A stretch of 64,000 nucleotides of DNA from Octopus sinensis (taxonomy: Eukaryota): the NCBI RefSeq assembly GCF_006345805.1, contig NC_043007.1:9548001-9612000 (forward strand). The letters are read 5' to 3'. A program made the translations under genes and the position numbers. The first letter of the stretch is position 1. The number at the start of each line of letters is the position of its first letter. This document shows positions 51,936 to 64,000 of this stretch, in pieces. The notes under the pieces were generated by a model. The model was not told where the DNA came from. It ran no database searches and saw only the letters and a program-made list of their open reading frames with translations.

Positions 51936-52216
51936 AATATTCGTAAAAGTTTGACTTTCTTTACTAACCATTGTTTGTCATTTGCTAATCGTGCCTGTGA
52001 TTTCTTGTTGCTGTTATTATTATTATTATTATTATCATTGTTGTTGTTGTTTGTTTTCCTTCTTTCTTCAAATTTTCTTCCATTTCTCGCTGGGTGTTTT
52101 CCGTACACCTAGAACAGAGAAGCTCATTGTATGCATTCCCAGATTACACGCGCAAATTCAGAGGTAAAATGTTTATTTAAAAATTTAATAAATAAATTCA
52201 TGAATGAATGTTGTTT

Positions 52217-52505
52217 TCACAGCGATAATACTCTTCTCAGTACATGAGTCATTCCAGCTAACACGACTTTTTTCACTTCTTGTAGGAATGGTAAGCCTAG
52301 TATCATTTTCAAATAGGTATCAGTACCTTTATTTTTATCATTCTTAGAGACCCTACAATCACTGGTACTGTAGTTGCCTTGAGATGCCACATTTTTTTCA
52401 ATTTCTATTAGCAAGTCTTTATATTTACAGATCTTGTCAAATTCTTTCACCGCTATATTGTGATCACAAGGAATACTCATGTCAATTAATAAACACACCT
52501 TTTTT
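52217..52505 (-). mobile_element. R4/Dong-type retrotransposon C-terminal restriction-like endonuclease fragment
   Basis: CLLIDMSIPCDHNIAVKEFDKICKYKDLLIEIEK...LPFLQEVKKVVLAGMTHVLRRVLSL* matches ID..VP.D.N...KE.EK..KY.DL..E. Confidence 0.88.
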
Positions 52506-52519
52506 GTCTAATCTTTTTA

Positions 52520-52742
52520 TGAAAGCGACGAAATGGCAGGATCATTACCACGCCGGGCAAAATGCTTAGCGGCATTTCGTCCACCTTTATTGTTCTGAGT
52601 TCAAATTCCACCAAGGTCGACTTTGCTTTTTATTCTTTCGGGGGTCTACAGATTAAAAACCATTTGAACACTGGGGTCGATGTAATCGACTAGTCTGCTA
52701 CTCCAAAACATACTAGCCTAACGCCAAAATTTGAAAGCAATA
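52520..52742 (+). mobile_element. SINE family B2
   Basis: gagttcaaattccaccaaggtcgactttgc and the tail ...aaaatttgaaagcaata. Confidence 0.8.
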
Positions 52743-53473
52743 TTATTAGTAGTATTATCGTTTCTATTTGTTGTTGTTGTTGTTTTTGCTGTCATCGTCG
52801 TCGTCATCGTTATTATTATCATAGGAGTTGTGTTGGTGACGGTGATGCTTATGATTTCGAAGGAGAAGATAACCTTTTCACCAATAACACAATCGTTTAT
52901 CATCATAGATTGTTTCTGCTTGCTTCTCTCACACAGAATAAATAATACATACGATATTTATTTAAAATCTCTCATCTCATATCTTCCACCCCCTCCCTCT
53001 CTTCTTCTCTTTCGCTTACCATTTTTCCCCTTCCTTTCATAATATAATACAGCGCTGCTTTTCTTTCTCTATTTTTCTTTCTCTATTTCTCAGTCTGACT
53101 ACATTAGTGTCTTAATTACACAGTCATCACTTTATGTCGAAGACGTTGAATTCGTAGTCGATGCTTTTATACATGTAGTTGTCAGATTCTCCTCCTCTGG
53201 CATCTGTTTCGTTTGCCATTTCAATTTCCTTTTATCAATAAATCTACATAGTTTCATTTTAAAGCTAATAACACATAGCGCTATTATTTCTCAGTCAGTT
53301 TCATCTGTGTTATATATTATTAGATGCTTTATTTATTGCTGTTACGAAAAGCCATGCAATAAAGCAATAAGACTTAACAATCGAATAAAAATGGTGGCAT
53401 ATATACATATATGCGTAAGTGCTTATATGCGTGTGTGTGTTTATATATATATATATATATATACATACATACA

Positions 53474-53504
<31 letters not shown>

Positions 53505-53514
53505 GTATATATAT

Positions 53515-53548
<34 letters not shown>

Positions 53549-53646
53549 ATATATATATATATATAAATATGTCTGTATATATATAATATATATATATTAT
53601 CATGCATATATATGTATATATATATATATATCAATATGTCTCTCTC

Positions 53647-53690
<44 letters not shown>

Positions 53691-54029
53691 CTGACATACA
53701 TATATATGTCTGTGCATGTGTGAAGGCACGATGCGTACTATTTTAGTCCGTAGTATCTACTTCACATCAGTTCTTCTAATTGTCCCTATATATTGTGTAT
53801 AATCTACATACGCACATAAATATACACACATACGTAGTACGTGTAAAATGTAAATACGCATATATATATATACACACACAACGACATTGATATATACATG
53901 CGTATTTATACATATACGTAAATGTAAATACCTACATATATATATATACACATATAGCAATATATATATATATATGTATATACATTTATATATGTATTTG
54001 TGCATATGCATAGATAAATAGTTAAATAA

Positions 54030-54174
54030 AAGACAGTTATACAGATAGATTGATTGATAGGTGGAATGACAGACAGGTAGACAGATAGATAGATGAATAA
54101 ATAAATAGATAGATAGATTAATAAATAGATAGATAGATAGATAGATAAACAGACAGACAGACAGACAGACAGAC

Positions 54175-54270
<96 letters not shown>
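54030..54270. repeat. (AGAT)n/(AGAC)n array
   Basis: Direct reading. Confidence 0.95.
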
Positions 54271-55258
54271 GAAGCGAAAAACAATATTACTTTCAAAATA
54301 AGAACAAAACCAAAAGACAAGATAAAATATAATAAATGTTTTAGTTATTATTTTCACATTCAGAGAATTAGAACTAGAAATAACTTTTCGGACGTAGGCT
54401 CTTTATCAGGAAATAGAACAAAACAAAATAGGAAAGAAAGAAAACAGAAAATGACGTAATGAAGAAATTGTGCATATTCTTACCGTAACTAAATTCCATT
54501 TTGAAATATGTTTACATACAAATATATACACGCATTGACGCACAATTACAAATTTACTCTTATTTATACATACTGGATTCGTATGTTCATATATACATGT
54601 GTGTGTGTTTATACATGAATATATGTGTGAGGTGGCGTGTGATTCTGTGTCTGTCTATATATATTTTCATGCGTATATCTATGTATATACTACATGTATA
54701 TACACGAATATAATCACGAAATACAAAATACAGTTTGATAGGTGACAACATTAGTATGTATCCATCGAACAGTATGCTTCAGAAGCACATACGAAAGAAT
54801 GAAACGACATTCATATCAGAGCACAATGCCATAATATACAGGTAGTAAACTTAAGTTTGTCACAAACAGAAATAAAATCTTGATGGATGGTGTAAATATC
54901 TAACGATGAAAATTCGACTTCTGTCGGCAATATGAAAACGGTTTACGTTTGGTTTGCGTAAAATAAATGAGAAGTAACACAAGGCAACCTCATTGTTTAC
55001 TAACGAGAAAGCTATGGCGCTTGAGGAACGGTGATCATGAATATAAAAATTGTACTGTTCCAAATAATCTACAAGTTTCTCTTAAGAAAATATGAAGTGA
55101 CATTGATAAATAAAAATGGTTCGAACGAGAACAGACATATTTTCTACAAAGTGCATCTACATGAAAAGCTGTTCCCCATACACGCTTGGGTTCATTTATA
55201 AGTTATAATATTAGAGTTGTAAATAGGAATATAATATTCCTATATGCATACACTTGCT

Positions 55259-55550
55259 GGAGGCGCAATAGGGAAGTGGGCTCGCGGTCGTAGGATCGTG
55301 GCTTCGATTCTCAGACCGGGCTTTTATTGAGCGAAAACACCTAAAGCTCCACGAGGCTCAAGCAGCGGGTGGTGGCGATCCTTGCTGTACTCTTTCACCG
55401 TAACTTTCTCTCACTCTTTCTTCTGTTGGCCTGCTCGCTTAGCCAGCGGGGTTGGTGCGATTTGAAGGCTAAAACAATGTGAAGCGCATTGTGATCAGCG
55501 ATGTGTAGCAACATCTGATAGCCTGGTCGGTCACGTTTTCACGTGATATG
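55259..55550 (+). mobile_element. SINE family C with a third tail type
   Basis: Head and body match 8374-8737 and 58556-58875, but the sequence after ctttctctcactcttt is unrelated to either tail. Confidence 0.8.
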
Positions 55551-55699
55551 CATACACGGGAACAGTATAACAGTATATCTAGATTATTTGTATGTATATA
55601 TGTATATTGATTTCAGATTTTAACACAAGGTCCTGCAGTTTCGGGTGAGGGAGTAAATAGATTACAACGATCCCAAGGCTCGACAGGTATTTATTTTTC

Positions 55700-56175
55700 T
55701 AGACCCCGCAAAGATGGATAGATAGGTCGACCTCAGCAGAATTTGAACTCAGACATTTTGGCGGCGAGCTGGCAGAATCGTTAGCACGTCGAGCGAAATG
55801 CTTAGCCATATTTCGCCTGCCGCTACGTTCTGAGTTCAAATACCGCCGTGGTCGACATTGCCTTTCTTCCTTTATGCGTCGATTAAATAAGTACCAGTTA
55901 CGCACTAGTGTCAATATAATCGATTTAATCCGTTTGTCTGTCCTTGTTTGTCCTCTCTGTGTTTAGTCCCTTGTGGGTAGTAATGAAATAGGTATTTCGT
56001 CTGCCGTTACGTTCTGAGTTCAAATTCCGCCGAGATCGACTTTGCCTTTCATCCTTTCGGGGTCGATAAATTAAGTACTAGTTACCCACTAGCGTCGATG
56101 TAATTGACTTAATCCTTTCGTCTGTCCTTGTTTGTCCCCTCTATGTTTAGACCCTTGTGAGCAATAACGAAATAA
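55700..56175 (+). mobile_element. SINE family B with tandem body duplication
   Basis: Head at ~55758 and a second body unit starting ~55992. Confidence 0.88.
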
Positions 56176-56631
56176 GAATTTGGACTCAGAACGTATAGAC
56201 GGATGGAATGCCGCTAAAATTCTACTCTGTGTGAAACGAATATACCAGCTCATTACCTTGATAGGTATATAGGTATATTAATATATACCAGGTTATTAGT
56301 TTCGCAATACCAAAACGAAATATATTAATATATAAGAGTGGGTTGCTGAAAAGATTGTAGCTTTAAGGGTATCAAGAGCATACGCGTGCGTGCATAGGTG
56401 CGTTCCTCAGTGGTTGATCTTCTGCATCCATGATCGTAAGATTGTGGTTTCGAGTCCAGGTGATACCTTGTGTTTAGCAAAACACTTCATTTCACGTTGC
56501 TCCAGTCCGCTAGGCCGTTAAAATTGAGTATTCACGCGACTGTCCCGTGTCCTGTTTAGAATGGGAATATTATATCACAGTATCCGGAAAGCGATCTTAG
56601 GAGCCTATGGCACGAGAAAGAAAATACATAC

Positions 56632-56744
<113 letters not shown>

Positions 56745-56959
56745 CATATATATATATGTACGTATGTGTATACATATATATGTATATAAATATATATATG
56801 TATATACGTATATATATGTGTCTGTATATACATATATATATGTATATATATGTGTGTGTGTGTGTGTGTGTTTGCGTGCGTGTATTAGTAGTTAACTAAA
56901 GCTTTGGTACACACCTCTACACCGAAGGATGCAACATAACCAGTTGTGTAGTATCTCAC

Positions 56960-57057
56960 TCGCGCAGTACCGATGCAAGATGGTTCGAAACGGTCTTTGT
57001 GATTAATAAAGAATCTCGTGAATTCCATTCCAGTCTCTGTTTCTGTGTGGTATTCTT
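56960..57057 (-). CDS. Candidate 98-nt coding exon
   Basis: Acceptor ttgttccttgtcag, donor CGA|gtgaga. Two frames are open (KNTTQKQRLEWNSRDSLLITKTVSNHLASVLR; EYHTETETGMEFTRFFINHKDRFEPSCIGTAR). Confidence 0.3.
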
Positions 57058-57488
57058 CTGACAAGGAACAATCAGTAAATATGTGTGCATATATATGTAT
57101 ACATATCGTTAGCCACTACATATGTATACTATATATGTATACAAATCGCTAGTCAATACACACATTTTTTTCTTTCCTTGTTTCTCTCCTTGTTCCTTTC
57201 TGTGTTCCTTTCTATGGAAGAGCGTAGGCTCGAAACGTTAAAGAATTTTTCGAATCCCGAGTGTTATACTAATACATCTGTTTGTTTTCTATACCACTTG
57301 TCTTCGTCTTTTGTTTGTTTGTTTGTTTTTTTCGTGAATTCTCCCCATACATATACATACATACATACATACATACATACATACATACATACATACAGCA
57401 TTGAATCTAGGTTAGAAGCCTGCTCTTTCTCTATTAGCAAGAAAATTTGAAATAAAACTGAACAATGAAATACATACAGACATACATA

Positions 57489-57914
57489 GGCGCAGGCCTG
57501 TGTGTGGTAAGTAGCTTGTTTACCAACCACATGGTTCCGGGTTCAGTCCCACTGCGTGGCACCTTGGGCAAGTGTCTTCTACTATAGCCTCGGGCCGACC
57601 AAAGCCTTGTGAGTGGATTTGGTAGATAGAAACTGAACGAAGCTCGTCGTATATATGTATATATATGTATGCGTGTGTGTGTTTGTGTGTCTGTGTTTGT
57701 CCCCCTAGCATTGCTTGACAGCCGATGCTGGTGTGTTTACTTAGCGGTTCGGCAAAAGAGACCGATAGAGTAAGTACTGGGCTTACAAAAAAATAAGTCC
57801 CGGGGTCGAGTTGCTCGATTAAAGGCGGTGCTCCAGCATGGCCGCAGTCAAACGACTGAAACAAGTAAAAGAGTAAAAGAGTAAAAGAGTAAAAGAGTAA
57901 AAGAGTAAAAGAGT
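57489..57914 (+). mobile_element. SINE family A, full length, with expanded (AAAAGAGT)n tail
   Basis: Colinear with other copies. The 8-nt tail unit is repeated about six times at ~57866-57914. Confidence 0.92.
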
Positions 57915-58555
57915 AATACATACTTATACATACATATATTCATGAGTTTGATTGCGCCCATGTGCGAGTAGTCACGACACACTCGTAGATTACGTAATCA
58001 ATATATGTTTTCATGCTTAAATTTAAGTATAATTCTCTGTTATGAAGTTATGTGTTAGCTATGTATTTACTTCCATTTGTCACTTTATATAAATATATTC
58101 TTTCTTCGTGATCGGTATTTGAAAGCGTCTTTCAAACGGAATTGTAACTTCGTAGCAAAGTTTTATAGAAAAGATTTTAAACATGGAAAGACAAAAAGTG
58201 TTTTGTATTTTCGTCATCTTTTGCAAAGCTAGTCACCCACTTAAGTTTAAGAAGCTCGATTGTATTCTCGAATAATTTTAAAATTTTCTCACCAACTGCG
58301 AATAATTGGTTTCCAAACACAGAAACAAGGCTCTTTCAGAGTATTTAAGACACTATCAACAACGTATTTATTTATATATCTTTCTAGTTTTATTTTATTT
58401 TATTTATTTATTTAGTGGTTTGTTAATTTGTTCTTGGTTCCCTCCCGGAATTTAGGCCGTTAACTAAGAAACGACAAGCTGTCGTGTGTGAGCTGAAATA
58501 GCTTGAGTAACGTATCAATACGCGAATCAATTAGTGCGTGTATTTACGCAGGTGT

Positions 58556-58875
58556 AGAGCCGCAATGGCCCAGCGGTTAGGGCAGCGGACTCACGGTCTG
58601 AGGATCGCGGTTTCGATTCCCAGACCGGACGTTGTGTGTGTTTATTGAGCGAAAAACACCTAATGCTCCACAAGGCTCCGGCAGGGATGGGGGTGGGGGA
58701 TGGCGACCCCTGTTGTACTCTTTCTCTCCAACTATCTTTCATTCTTTCTTCCTGTTTCTTGAGTAACGCTGCGATGGACTGGAGTCCCGTCCAGCTGGTG
58801 GGAACACATACGCCATAGAAACCGGGAACCGGGCCCATGAGCCTGGCTAGGCTTGAAGAGGGCGCATAAATAAAT
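58556..58875 (+). mobile_element. SINE family C
   Basis: A box tggcccagcgg, B box gtttcgattcc, and a tail ending gaagagggcgcataaataaat. Confidence 0.9.
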
Positions 58876-58914
58876 ATAAAAATTATATGCGGGCGCATGT
58901 TAGGATATACTTAC

Positions 58915-58958
58915 CATCATGTAAGAGTACACGTCAACTTGCTTTCTGTCTTTTCCCC
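58915..58958 (-). CDS. Candidate 44-nt coding exon (EKTESKVDVYSYMM)
   Basis: Acceptor ttttcttcccaaaacag, consensus donor ATG|gtaagt, only one open frame, and phase-compatible with the exon at 59067-59109 across a 108-nt intron. Confidence 0.4.
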
Positions 58959-59066
58959 TGTTTTGGGAAGAAAATTTGAACATAGACTCAAACACGGCTG
59001 AGTGGCTAAGCAGCACATTTTGTAATGGAAAATAGTTCAGTTTCAAAACATTGATGTCCAACTCAC

Positions 59067-59109
59067 AAAAGTAATGCCTGAAGGAACCACTGGTAATTTC
59101 CTTTGATTT
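59067..59109 (-). CDS. Candidate 43-nt coding exon (KSKEITSGSFRHYF)
   Basis: Strong acceptor ctctttgcttctttttag and donor TTT|gtgagt. Confidence 0.4.
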
Positions 59110-59754
59110 CTAAAAAGAAGCAAAGAGGAAATAACTCTCACTGACCAAAGACAAAAGAAAATTAAAATATTGTTATACAGCGTAATTGACATTCCGAAGA
59201 TTACATTGGATTAACTGGAAATAATTTTAAGACATGGATTAATCCACACCTGCATTATTCTAAATATCTGGAAATATTTGAATCTCTTTGAATAGAAGTT
59301 TATTAAAATAAATAATATCATAAATATTGCACGAGACTACATACTGTAAAATTAGTTTATATATGTGAGAACATGTCAAACTTTATAAACATCGTGACGA
59401 CAGATGTTATCTTTGTTTCCGATAGGAAATGAATATATTGATATATAAAGGATATATTGTAAACAACCTTTGAGAATTAATATAATTTTGTCGATGCAGA
59501 GCAAGACAACTATTAAAATATTTTAAATCACTGACAGGTTAAAATGTGAATAGTTCTGTAATATATTAATCAACGTTCTAAAAGATCAAACATTTTCCTT
59601 TGTTAAAGTGTATTGAATATCTGCCATTTTTTGCTGTCATATATCACAAAGACTAGCAGCTGAACGACTAAGACTTTTACATAATAACGTCCCAATTATC
59701 AAAATATTTTATATTTGACGTATATATTCACATCGGAGTTATAATCTTTTTACA

Positions 59755-60140
59755 GGCGCGAACGCGGTTGTGTGGTAGGAAGTTTGCAACCCGATGGCTC
59801 CGGGTTCAGTCCCACTGCGTGGCACCTCGGGCAGATGGCTTCTACAATAGCATCGTGATGTCTAAATCCTTGTGAGTGGATTTTTTGGACGAACACTAAA
59901 AGAAACCAGTCGTGTATGTGTGTATGTGCGTGTGCGTGTGTATGCGTGTGTGAGTGTGCGTGTATGTGTATTTGGGAGCTGATGATGGTGGATATACGTA
60001 ACTTAGTGGTTCGACAAAAGAGGCCGAGAAATACCAAGCTTTGAAGAATAATAAATTACTGCGGTCAATTCATTTGACTAAAGATACGTGAAATCAGTGC
60101 TTCAGCATGGCTGCTGTCTAATGACTTAAAGAAGTAAAAG
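59755..60140 (+). mobile_element. SINE family A, older diverged copy
   Basis: Head ggttcagtcccactgcgtggcacctcggg, internal TG tract, 3' monomer cagcatggctgctgtc. Confidence 0.75.
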
Positions 60141-60512
60141 ATAATATTCAATATAATTCATCTTTTAGTTTTTAATTGTTTCACTTATTGGACTGCTGCG
60201 AAAACTGGGCACCACTTTCAAGGGATTTACAGTAACGAATCAACCTCAGTTCTCACTTTTCACTTTAAATCTGATACTTCTACGATCTGTTTATTTTCCG
60301 AAATGCTAAGCTAGCAGTACGAAAAATAAAAAAGAGCACAAAGGCATACACACTCGTATATATGTATACGTCACCGAAATTAACTCGCAAGGCATTTGTC
60401 AGCCCAAGTTAATAACAGAAGGCACTTCGTTAACGTATCCTCCTGTAGGAATGAAGCAGTCAAAATGTATTTCAACTTTCAATTTTTATTATGCGTGTTT
60501 GTGTGGAAGTTT

Positions 60513-60550
<38 letters not shown>

Positions 60551-60551
<1 letters not shown>

Positions 60552-60873
60552 GTGGTTAGAGCGTCGAGCTTACGATCGTGAGGTTGTGAGCTCGAATCCC
60601 GGACCGGGCTGCGTGCTGTGTTCTTGAGCAAGACACTTTATTTCACGTTGCTCCAGTTCACTCAGCTGTAGAAATGAGTTGCGACGTCACAGGTGCCAAG
60701 CTGTATCGACCTTTGTCTTTCCCTTGGATAACACTAGTGCGTGGAGAGGGGAGGCCGGTATGCATGGGCGACTACTGGTCTTCCATAAAACAACCTTGCC
60801 CAGACTTGTGCCTCAGAGGGTAACTCTCTAGGTGCAAACCCATGGTCACTCTTGACCGAAGGGGGTCTTTACC

Positions 60874-60878
<5 letters not shown>
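60551..60878 (+). mobile_element. SINE family D (tRNA head)
   Basis: gtggttagagcg...gctcgaatccc head, then tgagcaagacactttatttcacgttgctccagttcactcagctg body. A second copy is at 47343-47676. Confidence 0.88.
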
Positions 60879-60926
<48 letters not shown>

Positions 60927-61265
60927 TGTGTGTGTGTGTGTGTGCATGTGTGAGTGTGTGTGTGTGTGTAAGGAAAATAATGTAAGGTAGAAAATGCTAC
61001 AATAATTTTATCCTGAAAGACATTTTGATACCGGTTTCAGTCATTGAGACTTTTTCAACTTGGAGTAAAATATAAAAAAACAATTAAATAGTAGAAAAAT
61101 TAATACGGGGGTTATTTTTCTTGTCTCTGCCTGTCTCCTGTCTCTGTCTCTCTTTATTTTTACTCTTATGGGTTCGAGGTAGTTATGTATATCTATCTAT
61201 CTATCTATCTACTATCTATCTATCTACTATCTATCTAACTATATGTATATATATATATATTTATT

Positions 61266-61297
<32 letters not shown>

Positions 61298-61313
61298 ATA
61301 CATATATATAAAT

Positions 61314-61391
<78 letters not shown>

Positions 61392-61400
61392 ATGTATGTA

Positions 61401-63525
61401 CAGAGCTGGCGCAAGTCCGTTAATCCGTTAATCGTTAATTATCGAAGTTAACATTTTAATTAACGATTTAACTTTTAAGTTAACTTTGGAAAACATTAGC
61501 GGACTAATTATCTTCCGTTATATTTGGCTTACGTTCACTTAAGTTCAGTTAAGCCGAAAAATTTCATAAAAACCGGTAAACATCTAAAAGTTTCCATTCT
61601 TTACACATTGTCTTAGCATATTTAATATTGTACGCGTCATACTTTCATTCCCGATATAACGCCACTTATTATTATAAATACCTTGTAGGACCTCGTTTGG
61701 TCCATCCTGGATTTGAAACCAAATCCACCCGCTTGTTGCTTGCAAAGACAGCGGAAAATGTCTTTATCCTCTCGAGAGGAAACAGTGATTGATGTGTTTC
61801 CACTGGATCCAGCACCTCTCTGAGGTTGGTGTGTCAACAGAGAAAACATTGACTTCCACAAAGTGGAAAAAATAAATGGAAGGAAAAAAGTTGGTAAATA
61901 TTTCGGTGTGAACGCAAATAGCTGTTACATGGTAGCAAGGCATGCTAGAAATAGCAACCAAATCTTTCCTTTGCTGATTTCGATGTCACATTCGTTGAAA
62001 GCATGCAAAATAACCTGGAACAGAAAAAAAGAACCGCGAAGCAAAACTCTCTTGGTGAAGAAACTACGATGTCACCACCATCCCTTCCACCTTTATTTTC
62101 CGGAAAAAGTGACTTACGGCGGGTTTGGAGGTCAGATACGTTGAATGCACCCGAACAAAAACTACGGAAAAAAATTATTCCACACCGAGGTATGAACTAT
62201 TTACCTAAAGAATAAAATCTTGAGCCGATTAAAGCTGAATTTTGATTAATTTAATTAATGTGGTTCTTCTTGAAAAGTGGCAAAATTTTTGTCGGCTGCC
62301 ATCTGGGATAAATTTAGTAACAAATCAAACTAGTAAGATGCATTAACAATTTCAATTTTAGTGTTTATCCCTAATTTTATTGCTTTTATACCTGTTAATT
62401 AAATTTACCTGCCCATAAAAGTCAAATTTACTCAGCAAGATCAGCTAAAATTACATAACTATAAACCAGTGGTAGATAAAGCACCCACTGACAAAATTTC
62501 AAATCTATATGTAAAAAATTTACGAAGTTACAAGCAATTATTGTGGACTCCCTTCTTGAAACTGAATAATTCAAAATAATGTGAACAAATAAGCATTTGA
62601 TTTGACCTTAATTTGAACACTAAAGATGTTTTTAGGCGTTTTTTTTTACACGCACATAACACAACTTCACTCGGTTGGGTCTACACTTGTGTTAGTTTGA
62701 CATCATCAGTCCATAAAATTTGTTTATGGGGAGAAAATTTTTTAAAATATCAATAGATGTGTGAGTGATAAAGAACTGAGGTGGGAGGTTTTGGGATGTG
62801 CTAGAAACAACAGCCAAATCTCCCTTAAAGTACAAGTTTTCCTCTGAAATTGTTAATTTTTTTTAAAACCGAAAATCTTTCTCTTGCAGATTTCAGGTGT
62901 GTAGTCAGAAAAAAATATGGCCAAAATCGTTACGGACTGCGGTGGTGAGGTAGTGGCGGGAGTGAAAAAAATAATTTTCAAACTTTTTTTTTTTTTCGTG
63001 AAAAGATGCCTCCCATCACTCTGAAGACTTTGGTGAAAAACTGGAAAAAATCTCCGTCAAAACTGTGAAATTCCAGCTTATGTGAACCGTCTGGTCTGAA
63101 ACTCCATTTTCCAGAAATTCTTTTCCCCCGCTTCTTCCAAACCTTTTGCCTACAAATTTCTTTGTAATCACAATCTACACCGTTTGAAAGGTGCTAGTAT
63201 GAAATTTCAATAAAAAACGCCTATTTTTCGGAACGGGTTCTATGAATTTTTCGAAACTCTCCAACCACTCGAAAAATTTCTTTCCAACAAATCTTTACAT
63301 ATACTAAATCTACAAGATATAAGCGATTATTTGGTGAAAGTTTCCTTAAAAACTATCCATTTTGCAGAAAGTTATAAGGCAACAAAATCGGTGGGGTTAA
63401 AGCTGTAGATATGCTTCATTCAATAAAAGTTAACGTTAACGGATTAACTTAAACATCCGTTACATTTTCAAAGAATTAACAGATTAACGATTAACAAAGT
63501 CAACTTTTTGATTAACGGTGCTCAG
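61401..63525. mobile_element. Probable non-autonomous DNA transposon (hAT-like), ~2.1 kb
   Basis: The left end begins cagagctgg followed by clustered ccgttaatc/cgttaa motifs. The right end carries the inverted motifs gattaacg. The right terminus is overwritten by a SINE A insertion, so TIR and TSD cannot be confirmed. No transposase motif recognised. Confidence 0.5.
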
Positions 63526-63631
63526 AAGTGGCTGTGTGGTAAGTAGCTTGCTAACCAACCACATGGTTCCGGATACAGTCACAATGCCTTGTGAGTGGAT
63601 TTGGTAGACGGAAACTGAAAGAAGCCTGTCG

Positions 63632-63664
<33 letters not shown>

Positions 63665-63859
63665 TTGTCCCCCTAGCATTGCTTGACAACCGATGCTGGT
63701 GTGTTTACGTCCCCGTCACTTTGCGGTTCAGCGAAACAGACCGATAGAATAAGTACTGGGCTTACAAAGAATAAGTCCCGCGGTCGATTTGCTCGACTAA
63801 AGGCGGTGCTCCAGCATGGCTGCAGTCAAATAACTGAAACAAGTAAAAGAGTAAAAAAG
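63526..63859 (+). mobile_element. SINE family A with a deletion in the 5' monomer
   Basis: Colinear with other copies but lacks the segment between cagtc and caatgccttgtg. Confidence 0.88.
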
Positions 63860-64000
63860 ATATATATATATATATCAGAATTAAACAGCCGAAATCTGCG
63901 ATGAGGGATCAGTTTCTGACTGAAGAATGAAGGCTTTGAATGACCCGTTTGTCTTTTTGTTCGTCCCTTCGTGTATTTCACGTTATTTATTTATGTAAAG

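Noticed and set aside
53094-53400. Long stop-free plus frame and a short minus ORF MANETDARGGESDNYMYKSIDYEFNVFDIK*
   Set aside because: There is no convincing splice pair or homology, and the plus frame runs into a microsatellite.
60371-60438. Apparent minus-strand exon with a good acceptor
   Set aside because: The sequence is a degenerate SINE A fragment and all three frames contain stops.

Overview
This is eukaryotic, AT-rich, repeat-dense DNA with one 100-N scaffold gap (10256-10355). The density of (TA)n/(CA)n/(AGAT)n microsatellites and the tRNA-derived SINE families look like an octopus (coleoid cephalopod) genome; this is inferred from recalled repeat types, not from a database search. 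The window reads as intronic or intergenic. It holds at least four tRNA-headed SINE families in many copies and two copies of a non-autonomous Helitron. It also holds an internally deleted Tc1 transposon, a probable hAT-like non-autonomous element, and fossils of CR1, RTE, R4/Dong, Tx1/L1 and Penelope retrotransposons. Almost all ORFs in the supplied track are microsatellite read-through. No complete host gene is recognisable. A few short minus-strand segments with good splice signals (best pair 58915-59109) may be exons of a long-intron gene. I found no convincing novel biological system. The best leads are SINE head/tail swapping, long palindromes, a tRNA-Trp-like cloverleaf, an orphan ORF at 46822-47052 and the candidate exon chain.
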